Assembly: GCF_023055435.1 (NCBI RefSeq)
Contig: NW_025964383.1
Location: 48,670,001 to 48,734,000, forward strand
DNA: 64,000 nucleotides
Reading direction: 5' to 3'
Source: Haliotis rufescens
Taxonomy: Eukaryota
Notes under the pieces: generated by a model
Told to the model about the DNA's origin: nothing
What the model saw: only the letters and a program-made list of their open reading frames with translations
The model's database searches: none
Made by a program: the position numbers and the translations under genes
Part shown: piece by piece, positions 12,606-26,170 of the stretch
How positions within the stretch are numbered: the first letter of the stretch is position 1
Layout of the letters: the number at the start of each line of letters is the position of its first letter

Positions 12606-13635
12606 GTAAGAGCGTACCTTGTTAGTACTTTAGTATCTGCATAACGCGTACCATGTTAGTACTTGAGTGTCTGAATAACATTGATGGTGAGTTCATGAGT
12701 TGCGTTAATACAGCTTTCAGCAGATTTTTAGTATCAGATTAATGTGAGATTAAAGTCCAAACAGACGTTGCCCTTATATATGTCAGAGTGGTCGCCATGA
12801 AAGCCAGTAGAATATGAATAATAATTCCAAGGTTAATAATGAGGAATTAGAACCTGCGGACACGTCAAAGTGAGGCATCTCTGCACTGCATCAACCATGT
12901 TTAAGTGAGTCAAGTTTTAACGCTATTTACAATAGTTTATCAGTTGTGTTACATGAATACCGACGGTTACACGTGGGAGTATAGACACAAATATATTGTT
13001 TTTATCTTATATTCAGTGAGAACAGATTCGGTAAGGCATATATAAGTACGTTTTCGGTAACAATCAAGTAGCCTGCCTACAAATTATTGGTAACCACTCA
13101 CAACTGGAGTCTTGTGCTGTGACGTGTATACCCTTGAGATGCAAGGTCTGTAGAATGACGCCAAACTATCGTCAATTGTTCTGGTTACTTATCATTACAG
13201 GACGTTGTTTGTTAGGCATATTGGGGCATGTGTTCAGTCTGGCTCAAATTTGAATTGGAAAGCTGAGCATAGATCATTCTCTATATTACGACGCCTATGG
13301 ATGCTCTGCGTGAATGTAGCTGTACAGGGAATGGGTGCTATCTTGCTGAAAGGCGTATCGTTAGTGAAGAGCACCGCACCGCATACAATTTGGATGCATT
13401 TTGATATCCTGATGCTTGGACCACCCCATGGATATATCTCGTCAGCTTATTTTGTCATTTCTAATAATCGTCATCGACTGATGTTGACACCAGTTGTGAT
13501 GTCGCATTGTCCACTGTCTGATTGGACACCAAAGAAAGTTAAATTAGAAATTTGTACTTCTATAAGACTTTGATGTATTTATAAGGTTTCATTTGATGAA
13601 ACTGTATATATTCATGTTCTTGTTTAATTCGACAG

Positions 13636-15107
13636 ATCCGTGTAAACTGAAATGGGTGCAAGTATTACACACAGACCAAAACGGTGGTGTCATTTCAGGA
13701 AGGAAAAGAGACCTACAAAAGAGCGTTCTCCATGGGCGAAGAATCAGATTTGTTTTGAATAATACATACCACAATTCAGCTGAGTTCGATATGTGCAGAA
13801 AGGTCGATGCAGATGCTTGCTGTCAGTCTATGCCACATGTCTCTGTCCATAACGAAGATGACTTCGATCCATCCGGGTCCTGGTCGTTTATGATGGTGTG
13901 TTCCACAGGGCATATACAGATGAAAACCTATTTCGTTGGTGGCAAGGCTAAATCTGATAAAACCATAAAAACCGCAATAATGTGGTTTGCATTGCAAAAG
14001 GATAAAATACGATATCCATCACCAGTTTTTGCAGGTGGGTACAAAGGAAATGTTTCTGTTAAGAACATAGACGCGCTTGCTACACATATTCTTCAAGGGT
14101 CTTCTGTTGCTATTTCCTGCATTAGTAACATATTTTATACTGCAAACTGCGAAGTGCTACCGAGAAAACATCCTAAATCAAGAGAAATCAGTTGCGAGGC
14201 TATTTGGGTCGTTGGTCAACATCAATACGGTAATCATAACATATTTATGAAAAATGCATACTGGTATTTTCTAATTCTAACGTCTTTAGATTCATTTTAC
14301 CAAAGTAGATGGTATATTGGGAATAACAAGTTTAGGACCAGCAACCGTAGCCATTTTAAAATGAAATGGTTTGTCGATGATTGTTGGACCACGCTGCATG
14401 TCTCTGAGAGAAATGGATCTCTTAGTAACACATTGATGCATTTAAATTTCTTTGCTGACTGTGGACATTCCGTCAAAGTAAAATTTGATAACACAATAAT
14501 GGAGGCAGAAGGTATCCGAATCTCAGGTGATCACCTGTCAGTGTTTTTGATATCATCCTTGTCCAAAAGAAATGCAGAGTACTTTAGAGAGGATCTAAAC
14601 TGGGAGTTCAGGGTCGTGAGTACTACAGGAACTATTAGGACATATCGTCCTCTTGTGGGGGCATCGAACGTCACTCATAAGACAGCTACAATAGAGAGGA
14701 AGCCAATAACCTGGTTTGTGGATACAAAGAAGTGGGACCTTGTGTTGCACACTCTAAGGAATACTTCAGTTGTGAGCGGTTCGATCCTGGCAGTGAGATA
14801 TGCCATAGCTCATGGTGCAGAAATCAGAATAGCTTTCCGATTTTCTAACGACTCCGGATTTCGCATCTATAAAGCACACAACATTCACCTTGGACCCGAG
14901 CATCACGTTACAGCACAGGTTGTACGTGCTCTGAAAGAATACGAAGTAGGGAATGAGAACTTTCGACTTGATGATAATCCATGTTGGTATTTCAAACTAA
15001 TATCTACCAAAGGGTATGTTGTTAGCACTGAATGGACCCTGAAAGGTGTGATAAATCACGGTCAAAGGTCGGATAAAGCAGAGATAAAGTGGTTTGCAAA
15101 CCTTTAA
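13636..15107 (+). CDS. Uncharacterised four-repeat protein, copy 2 (chimeric; ORF track 13593-15107)
   Basis: Intact ORF with acceptor at 13635/13636. The N-terminal third matches copy 3 and the remainder matches copy 1. Confidence 0.85.
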
Positions 15108-16825
15108 AAAAAGGACACTTCCATGTTCTGGTTGACAGCCTCTGCCAGGAGAACGGAACATCGATCGTTCTACCCCCTTGCTGTGTCATACCAAAAGATG
15201 GTACACTGTCTGCCATTAACGACTTAGACATGTTAATGGATGTATCAACAAACTGATATATTTGTAGCAAAGGTTTGACAAGTGAGGTCAAAATAAGATC
15301 AGCCACTGATGCCGCCGTCAAAAGGAGAAACTGATAAGTTACCTATTTGTTTGGGTGAAATTTATGCTGCTTTTTGCAGTATTCCAGTTTTATCAAGACG
15401 GGAAACACCACGAAAGGGTTCTTTATAATATGATGTTTAGGGATGTCAAACTCAAGTCGCCTGTGTGACGAACATAGATAGCGAGACCTTAATTAGTGTA
15501 AGAAAGCTGCTCACAAGTAACTAACAGCAGTTTGTTAACGATACTGGAAGACTGTATTTTTTTATATGTCAAATTATAAAGGTGCGGAAAACTATCAGGC
15601 ATGTGCAAATGACTGGCAATTAGCCTTTTTCTTTTATGACACGTGAGAATTTGAGAATTCTGACATGGATACATATATCGATATGGCTTCAATGTGAGAA
15701 AATGGCAGATTGTTTTAACTTCAAGTGAGCATCTAAGACGTGGTCATGCTCATATATTAGGAAAAGGCTTAAAAAAAAAAAACCAAAGTCGAATACGGCG
15801 CCTTATTTGCTTTAAAGAGTTGCTTAATCTTGTATGTTGTACCGTTTGTATGCATGTCTTTCAGTTTGTAATAAACTTATTGTTGTTCTAAACTTGTGTT
15901 TGCTGTTCCATATTTGTTTTTTTTGTAGAGTTAAGAGAATATGAGCTAAACTGATATATATATGTTTTCTTCATTGGCAAGTCCATCTTGTATGGTCGAC
16001 CCAAATGTAAAGGTAAAGTAAAGTGGAATCAGTCGTAAATGACGAGTAAAATCTTACATCACCCGGTTCAAATGACGTTAAACTTTTATTTGAAACGGTG
16101 GTCAAATGTCATTTGACTATATCATGATATGGCTGTCCCATTTTAAAAAATGAAATTAATAACATACTTCATCAGCGTTGGGAAACCTTTGCGAACGATT
16201 TCGAGGCATTTGCAACTGATATCTCTAAATGATTTAAGAGGAGAAAAAATTGGTGCGAAATCTGTATTTTACGATGATGTGGTTTGAACACATTCATATG
16301 TTGCATCCCATTCATATATTGCATTTTAAGGCATACGTTCCATACGTTCCTGTGGATATAAACACTGTAATGAAATGTGAAACATGATTGTACAGAAAGT
16401 GCGTATACCAGCTACATATGCTTTCATTGCCTGGTGGTGGGTGTGCATGTCAAGCCTGTTAGTGTTCGTGGATTAAACAGACCAATCATGAAGTCATGTC
16501 CAATCAAACTTTCTGTCCAGTTTACGCCTGTGTTTAAGAAACGACAATAAGAGTATTATTTCGTCACAAAAGAGTGTGTTTTGAAATTCCTGAACATGTA
16601 AAATCTTTTGTTGGAAAGATAATTTACGGCAACATATATCTCTCGGTTTCACAGAGATAATCTAAACTGTAAGCCATGCATGAGGCAGCTTCCTAACTGG
16701 AAACTATGGGCCCCTAACATTTTACATTGGAATATCATTTCCGTTGGCATATCAAATGTCGACACGCTAATTCAGGTAACTTTACACTGTGTTCTCAACC
16801 TTCTTCAAATGCAAGTTAACGCAGA

Positions 16826-17713
16826 GAGACGAAGTCACTGCCCGGAGAGGTGAGACGGAGTGAGGGTGAGGGGTAGAGGTCACAGGGGAAGACGAAGCCA
16901 CTGCCCCGAGAGGTGAGACGATTTGAGGGTGAGGGGTAGAGGTCAGAGGAGCAGTTAAAGTAACTGCCCGGAGAGGTGAGACGGGGTGAGGGTGAGGGGT
17001 AGAGGTCAGAGGAGCAGTTAAAGTCACTGCCCGGAGAGGTGAGACGGGGTGAGGATGAGGGGTAGAGGTCAGAGGAGCAGTTAAAGTCACTGCCCGGAGA
17101 GGTGAGACGGGGTGAGGGTGAGGGGTAGAGGTCACAGTGGAAGACGAAGTCACTGCCCCGAGAGGTGAGACGGGGTGAGGGTGAGGGGTAGAGGTCACAG
17201 GGAAAGACGAAGTCACTGCCCCGAGAGGTGATACGGCGTGTGGGTGAGGGGAAGAGTCACAGGGGAAGACGAAGTCACTGCCCCAAGAGGTGAGACGGGG
17301 TGAGGGTGAGGGGTAGAGGTCACAGGGGAAGACGAAGTCACTGCCCCAAGAGGTGAGACGGGTTGTGGGTGAGGGGTAGAGGTCACAGGGGAAGACGAAG
17401 TCACTGCCCCGAGAGGTGAGACGGGGTGTGGGTGAGGGGTAGAGGTCACAGGGGAAGACGAAGTCACTGACCGGAGAGGTGAGACGGGGTGAGGGTGAGG
17501 GGTAGAGGTCACAGGGGAAGACGAAGTCACTGACCGGAGAGGTGAGACGGGGTGAGGGTGAGGGGTAGAGGTCACAGGGGAAGACGAAGTCACTCCCTGG
17601 AGAGGTGAGACGGGGTGAGGGCGAGGGGTAGAGGTCACAGGGGAAGACGAAGTCACTGACCGGAGAGGTGAGACGGGGTGAGGGTGAGGGGTAGAGGTCC
17701 CAGGGGAAGACAA
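16826..17713. repeat. 63-bp G-rich minisatellite, ~14 units
   Basis: Same unit as 5820-6771; one unit has a 1-bp deletion near 17255. Confidence 0.95.
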
Positions 17714-19574
17714 GGTCTAATCAACTAGCAGCCGAGTCCGAGTTGGTTGTTGACGTCAGGTTTGTAATGGCAAATCTAGTGATTGGAGTCCTTATACTCC
17801 AGAGGGCTGTGTTTTTACACACCCGTGGGTGAGAAACCCGTTTGAGATAACTGGTATCAAACAGATGCGTGAGATCGATTTCCAGGCCCGTGATTGGCTA
17901 TTCCATGGTGATGACCTGAGGTCAGATTATAACGGAGTACTTTCCTGATTGTAAGTTATTGCCCGTGCTTCATTCGAATGTTATGTGGAATATTGCCGAG
18001 GGAAAGTGTAGCAAAGCAAACAAACATATCACCAAACATATATTGAGTTATTGCAAGTGTTTACTGTAGTGGGATGAAACTTGTTACATAACCTCTTGTG
18101 TCCTGATAGTGATACGGTTTTGAGTGACCTTCATTGTAGGTCAAGGCCACGTGAAAAAAAGGTAATTCGTAATTAGTTCAACATAAATGTTCAAAACACA
18201 CAGTTGACATATAACTCTCCAAATTCAGTCCAATAATATATGTTTTAATTTTATTGCAAACCAGTTGTGCCCTATTTGGACTCACCTAGCCATTTCACCG
18301 AAACCAGCGAGACAAACAGAAATGCCCCTTCCCGTTGTAGGGTTGATGGGTTGTAGCAAAAGCTACATTTCTCCAACAAATTTTATCAATTAACATTCTT
18401 CTATTGACTTTTCATGTGTTCTTCTTATTAGTAAGTTACCAATAACCCCCAGTAAATAATACGAATACGAAATAAATGCCTCTTGGAAGTGGCAGAAATT
18501 GACCTACATACAAAGTCAACTCACAACTTTCAAAGGCTGCCGACCTTGTTGTTTACACTCTCCATGCCTCTGACGAAGCAACATGACAACCCCGATCTAT
18601 GCTGTTGATCAACATTCACCTATGTAGATAAACTGTGGATGAGCCTGCTGGTACAACGTGATTGACAATAGAACTACACAGAGCATGACTGATCATGAAC
18701 GACCAGGTTGCATTTTGGCATGAGGGTTTTAAAATCTATATCAACGAAATTCGACGCCAGTACGTGAATAAAATGTGACAGTTGTGGCCTGACACAGTGG
18801 TTCGTGTATATTTTCCGTAATTGTGCGTGTTCTGAAAAGCTGGTGTGACCAAATGCCTGTGCTGTGACTTCAGTGATGTTGGGACATTTGTGAGTGGCCT
18901 TTCAAAGGGGGGAGTGTTTACCGATGGTCTTTCAAATACTCTCTTGACAAATCGTGAAGGTGGTGGTTGAGTAAGGGAACATTGTACTATACGACGCTCT
19001 TGTAAAATAGACAGTCCCTTGTACCAGTGCACATGAGCAATCGGAACCGGAACCGGAACCGGATATAATTATAAACACGCCAGTGTTTCAACCTGTTCAA
19101 TACTTAATTAGTTATTGTCATTTCACGCTGATTCTCTCAAGTAAAGTGATCAAACAAATAGAAATCGGTTCTTATTAAAAGTCGCAGCCAAACAAACCCA
19201 CATCAAACGTACCGTATTCATACACTTGGTCGTCTATTAATTTCACGAAAGCTGTTGACCCAGCTTGTATTACAAACCTTTCTTGCATTTGAGACCCATC
19301 GTCTAATATATTGATAGGATATACAATTCTTTTGTTGATCGACAGCCTTTGTTTATGGGTCTATATGTAGGGTGTCGAGGTATTCATATGCACGTTTTTT
19401 TGTGTAAAAAAGGCTTAATATGTTTTAAAGAGGTTTCTGTTGCAAAACGGAGACCTCTTTTTAACCAATCAGAATCAAGCATTCTTCAATGTCATGGCAG
19501 AATTACAAATAACCAACCTTGAAATTGGCTGAACGTCAATGTCATTGAACCGGAAGTGCAAATATCTTCCTCAA

Positions 19575-19803
19575 TAATAGATCTTCAGCAACCAATGCTT
19601 TCTGTAAAAGATGACTGGGCGAATAACGAGATCCTGTGGTCAGGCTCGCTGACTTGGTTGGTGTATGTCATCGTATCCCAATTACGTTGATCGATGTTCA
19701 TGATGTAAATCACTCGATTATCTCGTACAGACCCGATTATTAACAGACCGCCGCCATATAACTGGAATATTGCTGAGTGCGGTTTTAAAACAACAAACAA
19801 ACA
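19575..19803 (+). mobile_element. SINE-like repeat family B (array paralogue of 8540-8768)
   Basis: Near-identical to 8540-8768. Confidence 0.8.
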
Positions 19804-21258
19804 GCAATTACTCAATAATGTACTCAGACGCATTGGACTCTCTCTCTCTTAGAGCTGTACTGCCTTTGGCATGCGCTTCAATAATTAGAAAAACATATAC
19901 CAGTAATTAGGCTGGAAGTGATGCCTTCAGGTTCCTGATAATGTTACCTGGAGGCAAACTTTCTGGTATGCCATCAAACTACAGGCAACTTCAGTCTGCA
20001 TTCTCGGGCGAGCCACAATTGCAATGTCCTCTTCGTAAGACTGGGATCGGAGCCTCTTGAACCTAGGTGCGACCGTTTGAGGAACATTCCTGGCAATTTC
20101 TCGCTCCCTCAGTTCAGCGTTGACGACGAGTGCTGGGCAAGCAGGTCATGGCAGAAGCTCACTTGACTATCTGTTAGGTGAGCTATGACATGGCTTCGCA
20201 AATTATCTTATAGCGATGATCGATGATCGGAGTAGTCTGATATAAATAAATAAAATACAGGATGGTTTGAAGCGTGTAAAGTGCCAACATGGAAAAACAT
20301 GAACTTTGATATTTCGAGATATAAATTCAAGACACTGGTTTTCTTTTGTGTTCATTCTCTGTGAACATTGTCAAGACATTTGAAATCACTCATTGATTTA
20401 TGAGCAGAAACATTCGGCACAAAAACTGTATTCCTTACGACAATGTGGTGGTATATTCTGGAATGTTAGTCTGCATGATTGCCCACTTTAGGGTGACATA
20501 AATATATGCACATAACAAATTCTAGCATCTCGATCATATGTTGCGCTATTAAAGGATGCATTCCTTGGAACATAAAAAACAGAATGATCTATAAGACATG
20601 ATTTTTCAGAAGGTGCGCCTGCCAATATTGAAAACGAGTTAGTAACATTTACAAAATGTTCTGTCAAAATGTTTAATTTGCAGGAATTGGTATTCTATGC
20701 AAGATGTAAAAGTATTTGATCCATTTGCTTTGTTTCTACTTGCTCTCTTTCTGTTAATTAGTGTTCTGAAGATGATTGAATAACCAAATTGAGGGTGACA
20801 TATGACCATGTACAGATGCATCCAGCAGAAGCAATCATGAACGGTGGAAATTCCAATATCAGAAAGTTCAAGACTTTCATCATGTGCTCATATTGTGTGC
20901 TGTTTTCAGACAAGAAGCAGCAAAAACAGCTTAAGTAAAAACATGCTTCTATCCAAACCTATAAGACAAACGCTTCCTGAAAACCTTCAACTCTAATGCT
21001 TTGACACACTTGAGAGACACGTCTTCATAGCAGCTGTTATCAAAAGTCCAGTCATCACTCATGCGAAATGATGAAATCTATACATTGACTAATTCTAGAA
21101 AAATATTCGGCAAGGCAAGATTTTTCTCCTAACCTAAAAATGTCACCGTATACGGCAACTAAAGACACCATAAAGTTCAATATTAGGTGCGAACTCGTTA
21201 AAAAGGATTAATCACACAACTTGCAGGGTTGGATTTGTGATAATATGACTTTGTAATA

Positions 21259-22003
21259 TACACAACAACAAAAGTTCCTGTGACACCAATATTTTAGTGT
21301 ATTTTTCAAACAAGTAAAGTTTGGTTTTCAATATTGTAGCACATGTATGGAATCAAGTCACATAAACGCAACTGCTACAGAAAAGCATGCTTTCCATGCA
21401 AAAGTTGACTTTTATGCAATCCCCATGCATTTCACTACCCAAGAACGGGTATAAAACATGTGCGTTAACAGGATTCCATATGCATTGTTTAGCATCGTGC
21501 TGACAACAACCACTCAGAAAGACGACAAAATTACGCAATTATTTAACATTACGAAATGCCACGCCCATCAGAAAATGAGCGTCTGCGAGCCTTTGGTATG
21601 CTTGAAGCAGGATCAGTCAACGTGATGTTGCAAGACACAGAAACACCATCTGGTGTTTATGGCAACGTTGGCAACAGTCGAATGCAGTCAGAGACCATCC
21701 TCGCAGTGGCAGGCCACGCATAACCAATAATCGACAAGACAAGTGGATTCGAACAACACACCTACGAAATCGATTCCAGCCAGCAACAGTGACTGCAAGA
21801 AGCATCCCTGGCCTTCGACGAATATCTTCACAAACCGTACGCAAAAATCACGCATTTTCGGAAGTCAGTATGGCAAATTAAACAATTTGAACACTTACAG
21901 GAGTCTTTTATCTGTTGCAAACCAAAATTGTTTCAGATTTGGTAAAAAAAATAACTTGGCATTAAATCTTTTTCAATGTCACAGGAACTTTTGTTATTCA
22001 GTA
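21259..22003 (+). mobile_element. Internally deleted Tc1 element (paralogue of 10201-10946)
   Basis: Both TIRs are flanked by TA; transposase N-terminal remnant from ATG 21556. Confidence 0.85.
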
Positions 22004-22715
22004 TATATTGTACTGCCATGCAACGATGACCTGTTAAGAAACCAGACAATCAAGGATGAGGATTGTTTTCAACTTGGATGTCAATAATTGAAAAGATGCC
22101 AAAAGTCGCCAGGCAACTGGATGCACTTGCTGGAGATGGCATTCCGTCTCACATAAAGATAAAGGGCAATTGATGAAATTCCAGGAATAGCCTTCAGATT
22201 GTCCACTTTTTATCGACTACTTCTTTATTGTTTGTAACTCTGTTTCAGGAGAACCAATTATGATTAACAACGTTTAGAAAGAACACGGTTATAACGAACT
22301 GACGGATATACCGAATTTATCTTTGTTGTCCCGAACATTTGCTGTATGAGAGGTGTATATGCTTATAACGAACTACGGTTATAAGGAACTAAAATGAGTG
22401 GTCCTTTTGAGTTAGTTATTACCGTCATTTGCTGTACTGGGAGATTTGGCTTGGGTAGTCCTCTGTGTGTGTCCTCTGTCTATTTTCATTCAGAACAATC
22501 CAACACTTAGGTATTATGTTTTCCTACTTGCACTCACTAATGTCTTAATTTTACACATGGCACTGGTTACGGCACTGTCTCCTCTGTATGGCGCAGATGT
22601 CATATGTGTCTTGTGATACTTTGTGGTTCTCATTACATTTTGTGATATGGTTTGAACACAATCACATGAAATTACTAAACGTGAATCGCTAAATCACAAA
22701 ATCCTCTTGGTAAGA

Positions 22716-22884
22716 GTGAGTGAATGAGTGAGTACGGTTTAATTCCGCTTTTATTATTATTCCAGCAATATCACGGCGGGGGTACACCAGAAATGCGGTT
22801 TACACATTGTACCCATGTCGGAAATCGAACCTGGGTCTTCGGCGTGACGAGCAAAAACTTTAACTTCTAGGTTACCCTACTGCC
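22716..22884 (-). mobile_element. tRNA-derived SINE, family A
   Basis: Perfect 13-bp TSD cctcttggtaaga at 22703-22715 and 22885-22897; B box and (actc)n tail present. Confidence 0.9.
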
Positions 22885-23506
22885 CCTCTTGGTAAGACCG
22901 AATAACATGAAAAGAGAATGTTACATATGATTGAGTATGATTCATAATTTAATCATATTTGATAGTTATCCATGAAGGCTGTATACGGATCTATTCCAAA
23001 GAATTTTAGCATTTTACTCTGTGTAAAAGAACTATACATTTTCGTCGTATCTGACATGGGAGCTCCGCCATGTAGTACTATTTCTCTTGTGTGTGTATGC
23101 TTTTATGTGTTTGTGTAAGCGTTTGGGTGTTTGTGTAATTAAACTCGTCTCGAATTGCTAGATTAGTATACCTAAAAATGTGAGTTGACAGACAAAGGGT
23201 TTGTAGGATTCGAATGCAATTGTTTGGAATGCCAGACTAGATTGGCCCTAGACTACTCTCCCTGTTTGTACGCCAACTCCATCTGCTTGAGGCTGATTGA
23301 TTGTTTTCTTCTGCTGTCAAGTCATGTGCCGCCGTCGGAAATCTGATAGTTTGAATGTATCATGTTCTCTATGTGATTGAATATTCAGTTTTGCTTATAC
23401 GTGTACACCTCTAATTGGTGAGGTGGTATTCATTCTGAATCATCGTTATCAGAGGCATCATTTATACGTCGGACATATATGAACACGTTCATGTGGCACA
23501 GCAAGG

Positions 23507-23660
23507 ATGGACCTGCATACTTTCATATTACTTTCCACTCATCTGAGTCAAAGCTGTATGCTTAAAGAATTGGAACCGACGGACTGCGGACATGTCAGGG
23601 TTAAAAACGGAATTTCTCATTTCAACATGCATACTCCATATTTGAAGAAGATAAATCGGG
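23507..23660 (+). CDS. Probable upstream coding exon, four-repeat gene copy 3
   Basis: Paralogue of 1386-1539; open, with a phase-1 GTAAG donor at 23661. Confidence 0.55.
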
Positions 23661-24698
23661 GTAAGAGCGTACCTTGTTAGTACTTTAGCATCTGCATAAC
23701 GCGTACCATGTTAGTACTTGAGTGTCTGAATAACATCGATGGTGAGTTCGTGAGTTGCGTTAATACAGCTTTCAGCAGATTTTTAGTATCAGATTAATGT
23801 CAGATGAAAGTCCAAACTGACGTTGCCCTTATATATGTCAGAGTGGTCGCCATGAAAGCCAGTAGAATATGAATAATAATTCCAAGGTTAATAATGAGGA
23901 ATTAGAACCTGCGGACACGTCAAAGTGAGGCAACTCTGCACTGCATCAATCATGTTTAAGTGAGTCGAGTTTTAACGCCATTTACAATAGTTTATCAGTT
24001 GTGTTACATGAATACCGACGGTTACACGTGGGAGTATAGACAAAAATATATTGTTTTTATCTTATATTCAGTGAGAACAGATTCGGTAAGGCATATACAA
24101 GTACGTTTTCGGTAACAATCAAGTAGCCTGCCTACAAACTATTGGTAACCACTCACAACTGGAGTCTTGTGCTGTGACGTGTATGTCCTGGAGATGCAAG
24201 GTCTGTAGAATGACGCCAAACTATCGGCAATTGTTCTGGTTACTTATCATTACAGGATGTTGTTTGTTAGGCATATTGGGGCTCACCCACACGTGTTCAG
24301 TCTGGCTCAAATTTGGATTGAAATGCTGAGCATAGATCATTCTCTATATTACGACGCTTATGGATGCTCTGCGTGAATGTAGCTGTACAGGGAATGGGTG
24401 TTATCTTGCTGAAAGGCGTATCGTTAGTGAAGAGCGCCGCACCGCATACAATTTGGATGCATTTTGATATCCTGATGCTTGGACCACCCCATGGATATAT
24501 CTCGTCAGCTTATTTTGTCATTTCTAATAATCGTCATCGACTGATGTTGACACCAGTTGTGATGTCGCATTGTCCACTGTCTGATTGGACACCAAAGAAA
24601 GTTAAATTAGAAATTTGTACTTCTATAGCACTTTGGTGTATTTATAAGGTTTCATTTGATGAAACTGTATATATTCATGTTCTTGTTTAATTCGACAG

Positions 24699-26170
24699 AT
24701 CCGTGTAAACTGAAATGGGTGCAAGTATTACACACAGACCAAAACGGTGGTGTCATTTCAGGAAGGAAAAGAGACCTACAAAAGAGCGTTCTCCATGGGC
24801 GAAGAATCAGATTTGTTTTGAATAATACTTACCACAATTCAGCTGAGTTCGATATGTGCAGAAAGGTCGATACAGATGCTTGCTGTCAGTCTATGCCACA
24901 TGTCTCTGTCCATAACGAAGATGACTTCGATCCATCCGGGTCCTGGTCGTTTATGATGGTGTGTTCCACAGGGCATATACAGATGAAAACATATTTCGTT
25001 GGTGGCAAGGCTAAATCTGATAAAACCATAAAAACCGCAATAATGTGGTTTGCATTGCAAAAGGATAAAATACGATATCCATCACCAGTTTTTGCAAGTG
25101 GATACAAAGGAAATGTTTCTGTCAAGAACACAGACGCGCTTGCTACAAATATTCTTCAAGGGTCTTCTATTGCTATTTTCTGCATTAGTAGCATATTTTA
25201 TACTGCCAACTGCGAGGTGCTACCGAGAAAACATCCTAAACCAAGAGAAATCAGTTGCGAGGCTATTTGGGTCGTTAGTGACTATCAATACGGTAATCAT
25301 TACATATTTAAGAACAATGCATACTGGTATTTTCTAATTCTAACGTCTTTAGATTCATATTACCAAAGTAGATGGTATATTGGGAATAACAGGTTGATCT
25401 TCCACAACCGTAAGCATTTTAAAATGAAATGGTTTGTCGATGACTGTTGGACCACGCTGCATGTCTCTGAGAGAAATGGATCTCTTAGTAACACATTGAT
25501 GCATTTAAAATTTTTTGCTGACTGTGGACATTCCGTCAAAGTTAAATTTGATAACACAATAATGGAGGCAGAAGGTATCCGAAGCTCAGGTGATCACCTG
25601 TCAGTGTTTTTGGTATCATCCTTGTCCAAAAGAAATGCAGAGTACTTTAGAGAGGATCTAAACTGGGAGTTCAGGGTCGTGAGTACTACAGGAACTATTA
25701 GGACATATCGTCCTCTTGTGGGGGCATCGAACGTCACTCATAAGACAGCTACAATAGAGAGGAAGCCAATAACCTGGTTTGTGGATACAAAGAAGTGGGA
25801 CCTTGTGTTGCACACTCTAAGGAATACTTCAGTTGTGAGCGGTTCGATCTTGGCAGTGAGATATGCCATAGCTCATGGTGCAGAAATCAGAATAGCTTTC
25901 CGATTTTCTAACGACTCCGGATTTCGCATCTATAAAGCACACAACATTCACCTTGGACCCGAGCATCACGTTACAGCACAGGTTGTACGTGCTCTGAAAG
26001 AATACGAAGTAGGGAATGAGAACTTTCGACTTGATGATAATCCATGTTGGTATTTCAAACTAATATCTACCAAAGGGTATGTTGTTAGCACTGAATGGGC
26101 CCTGAAAGGTGTGATCAATCACGGTCAAAGGTCGGATAAAGCAGAGATAAAGTGGTTTGCAAACCTTTAA
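24699..26170 (+). CDS. Uncharacterised four-repeat protein, copy 3 (ORF track 24656-26170)
   Basis: Intact ORF with acceptor at 24698/24699; divergent segments in repeat 2. Confidence 0.85.
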
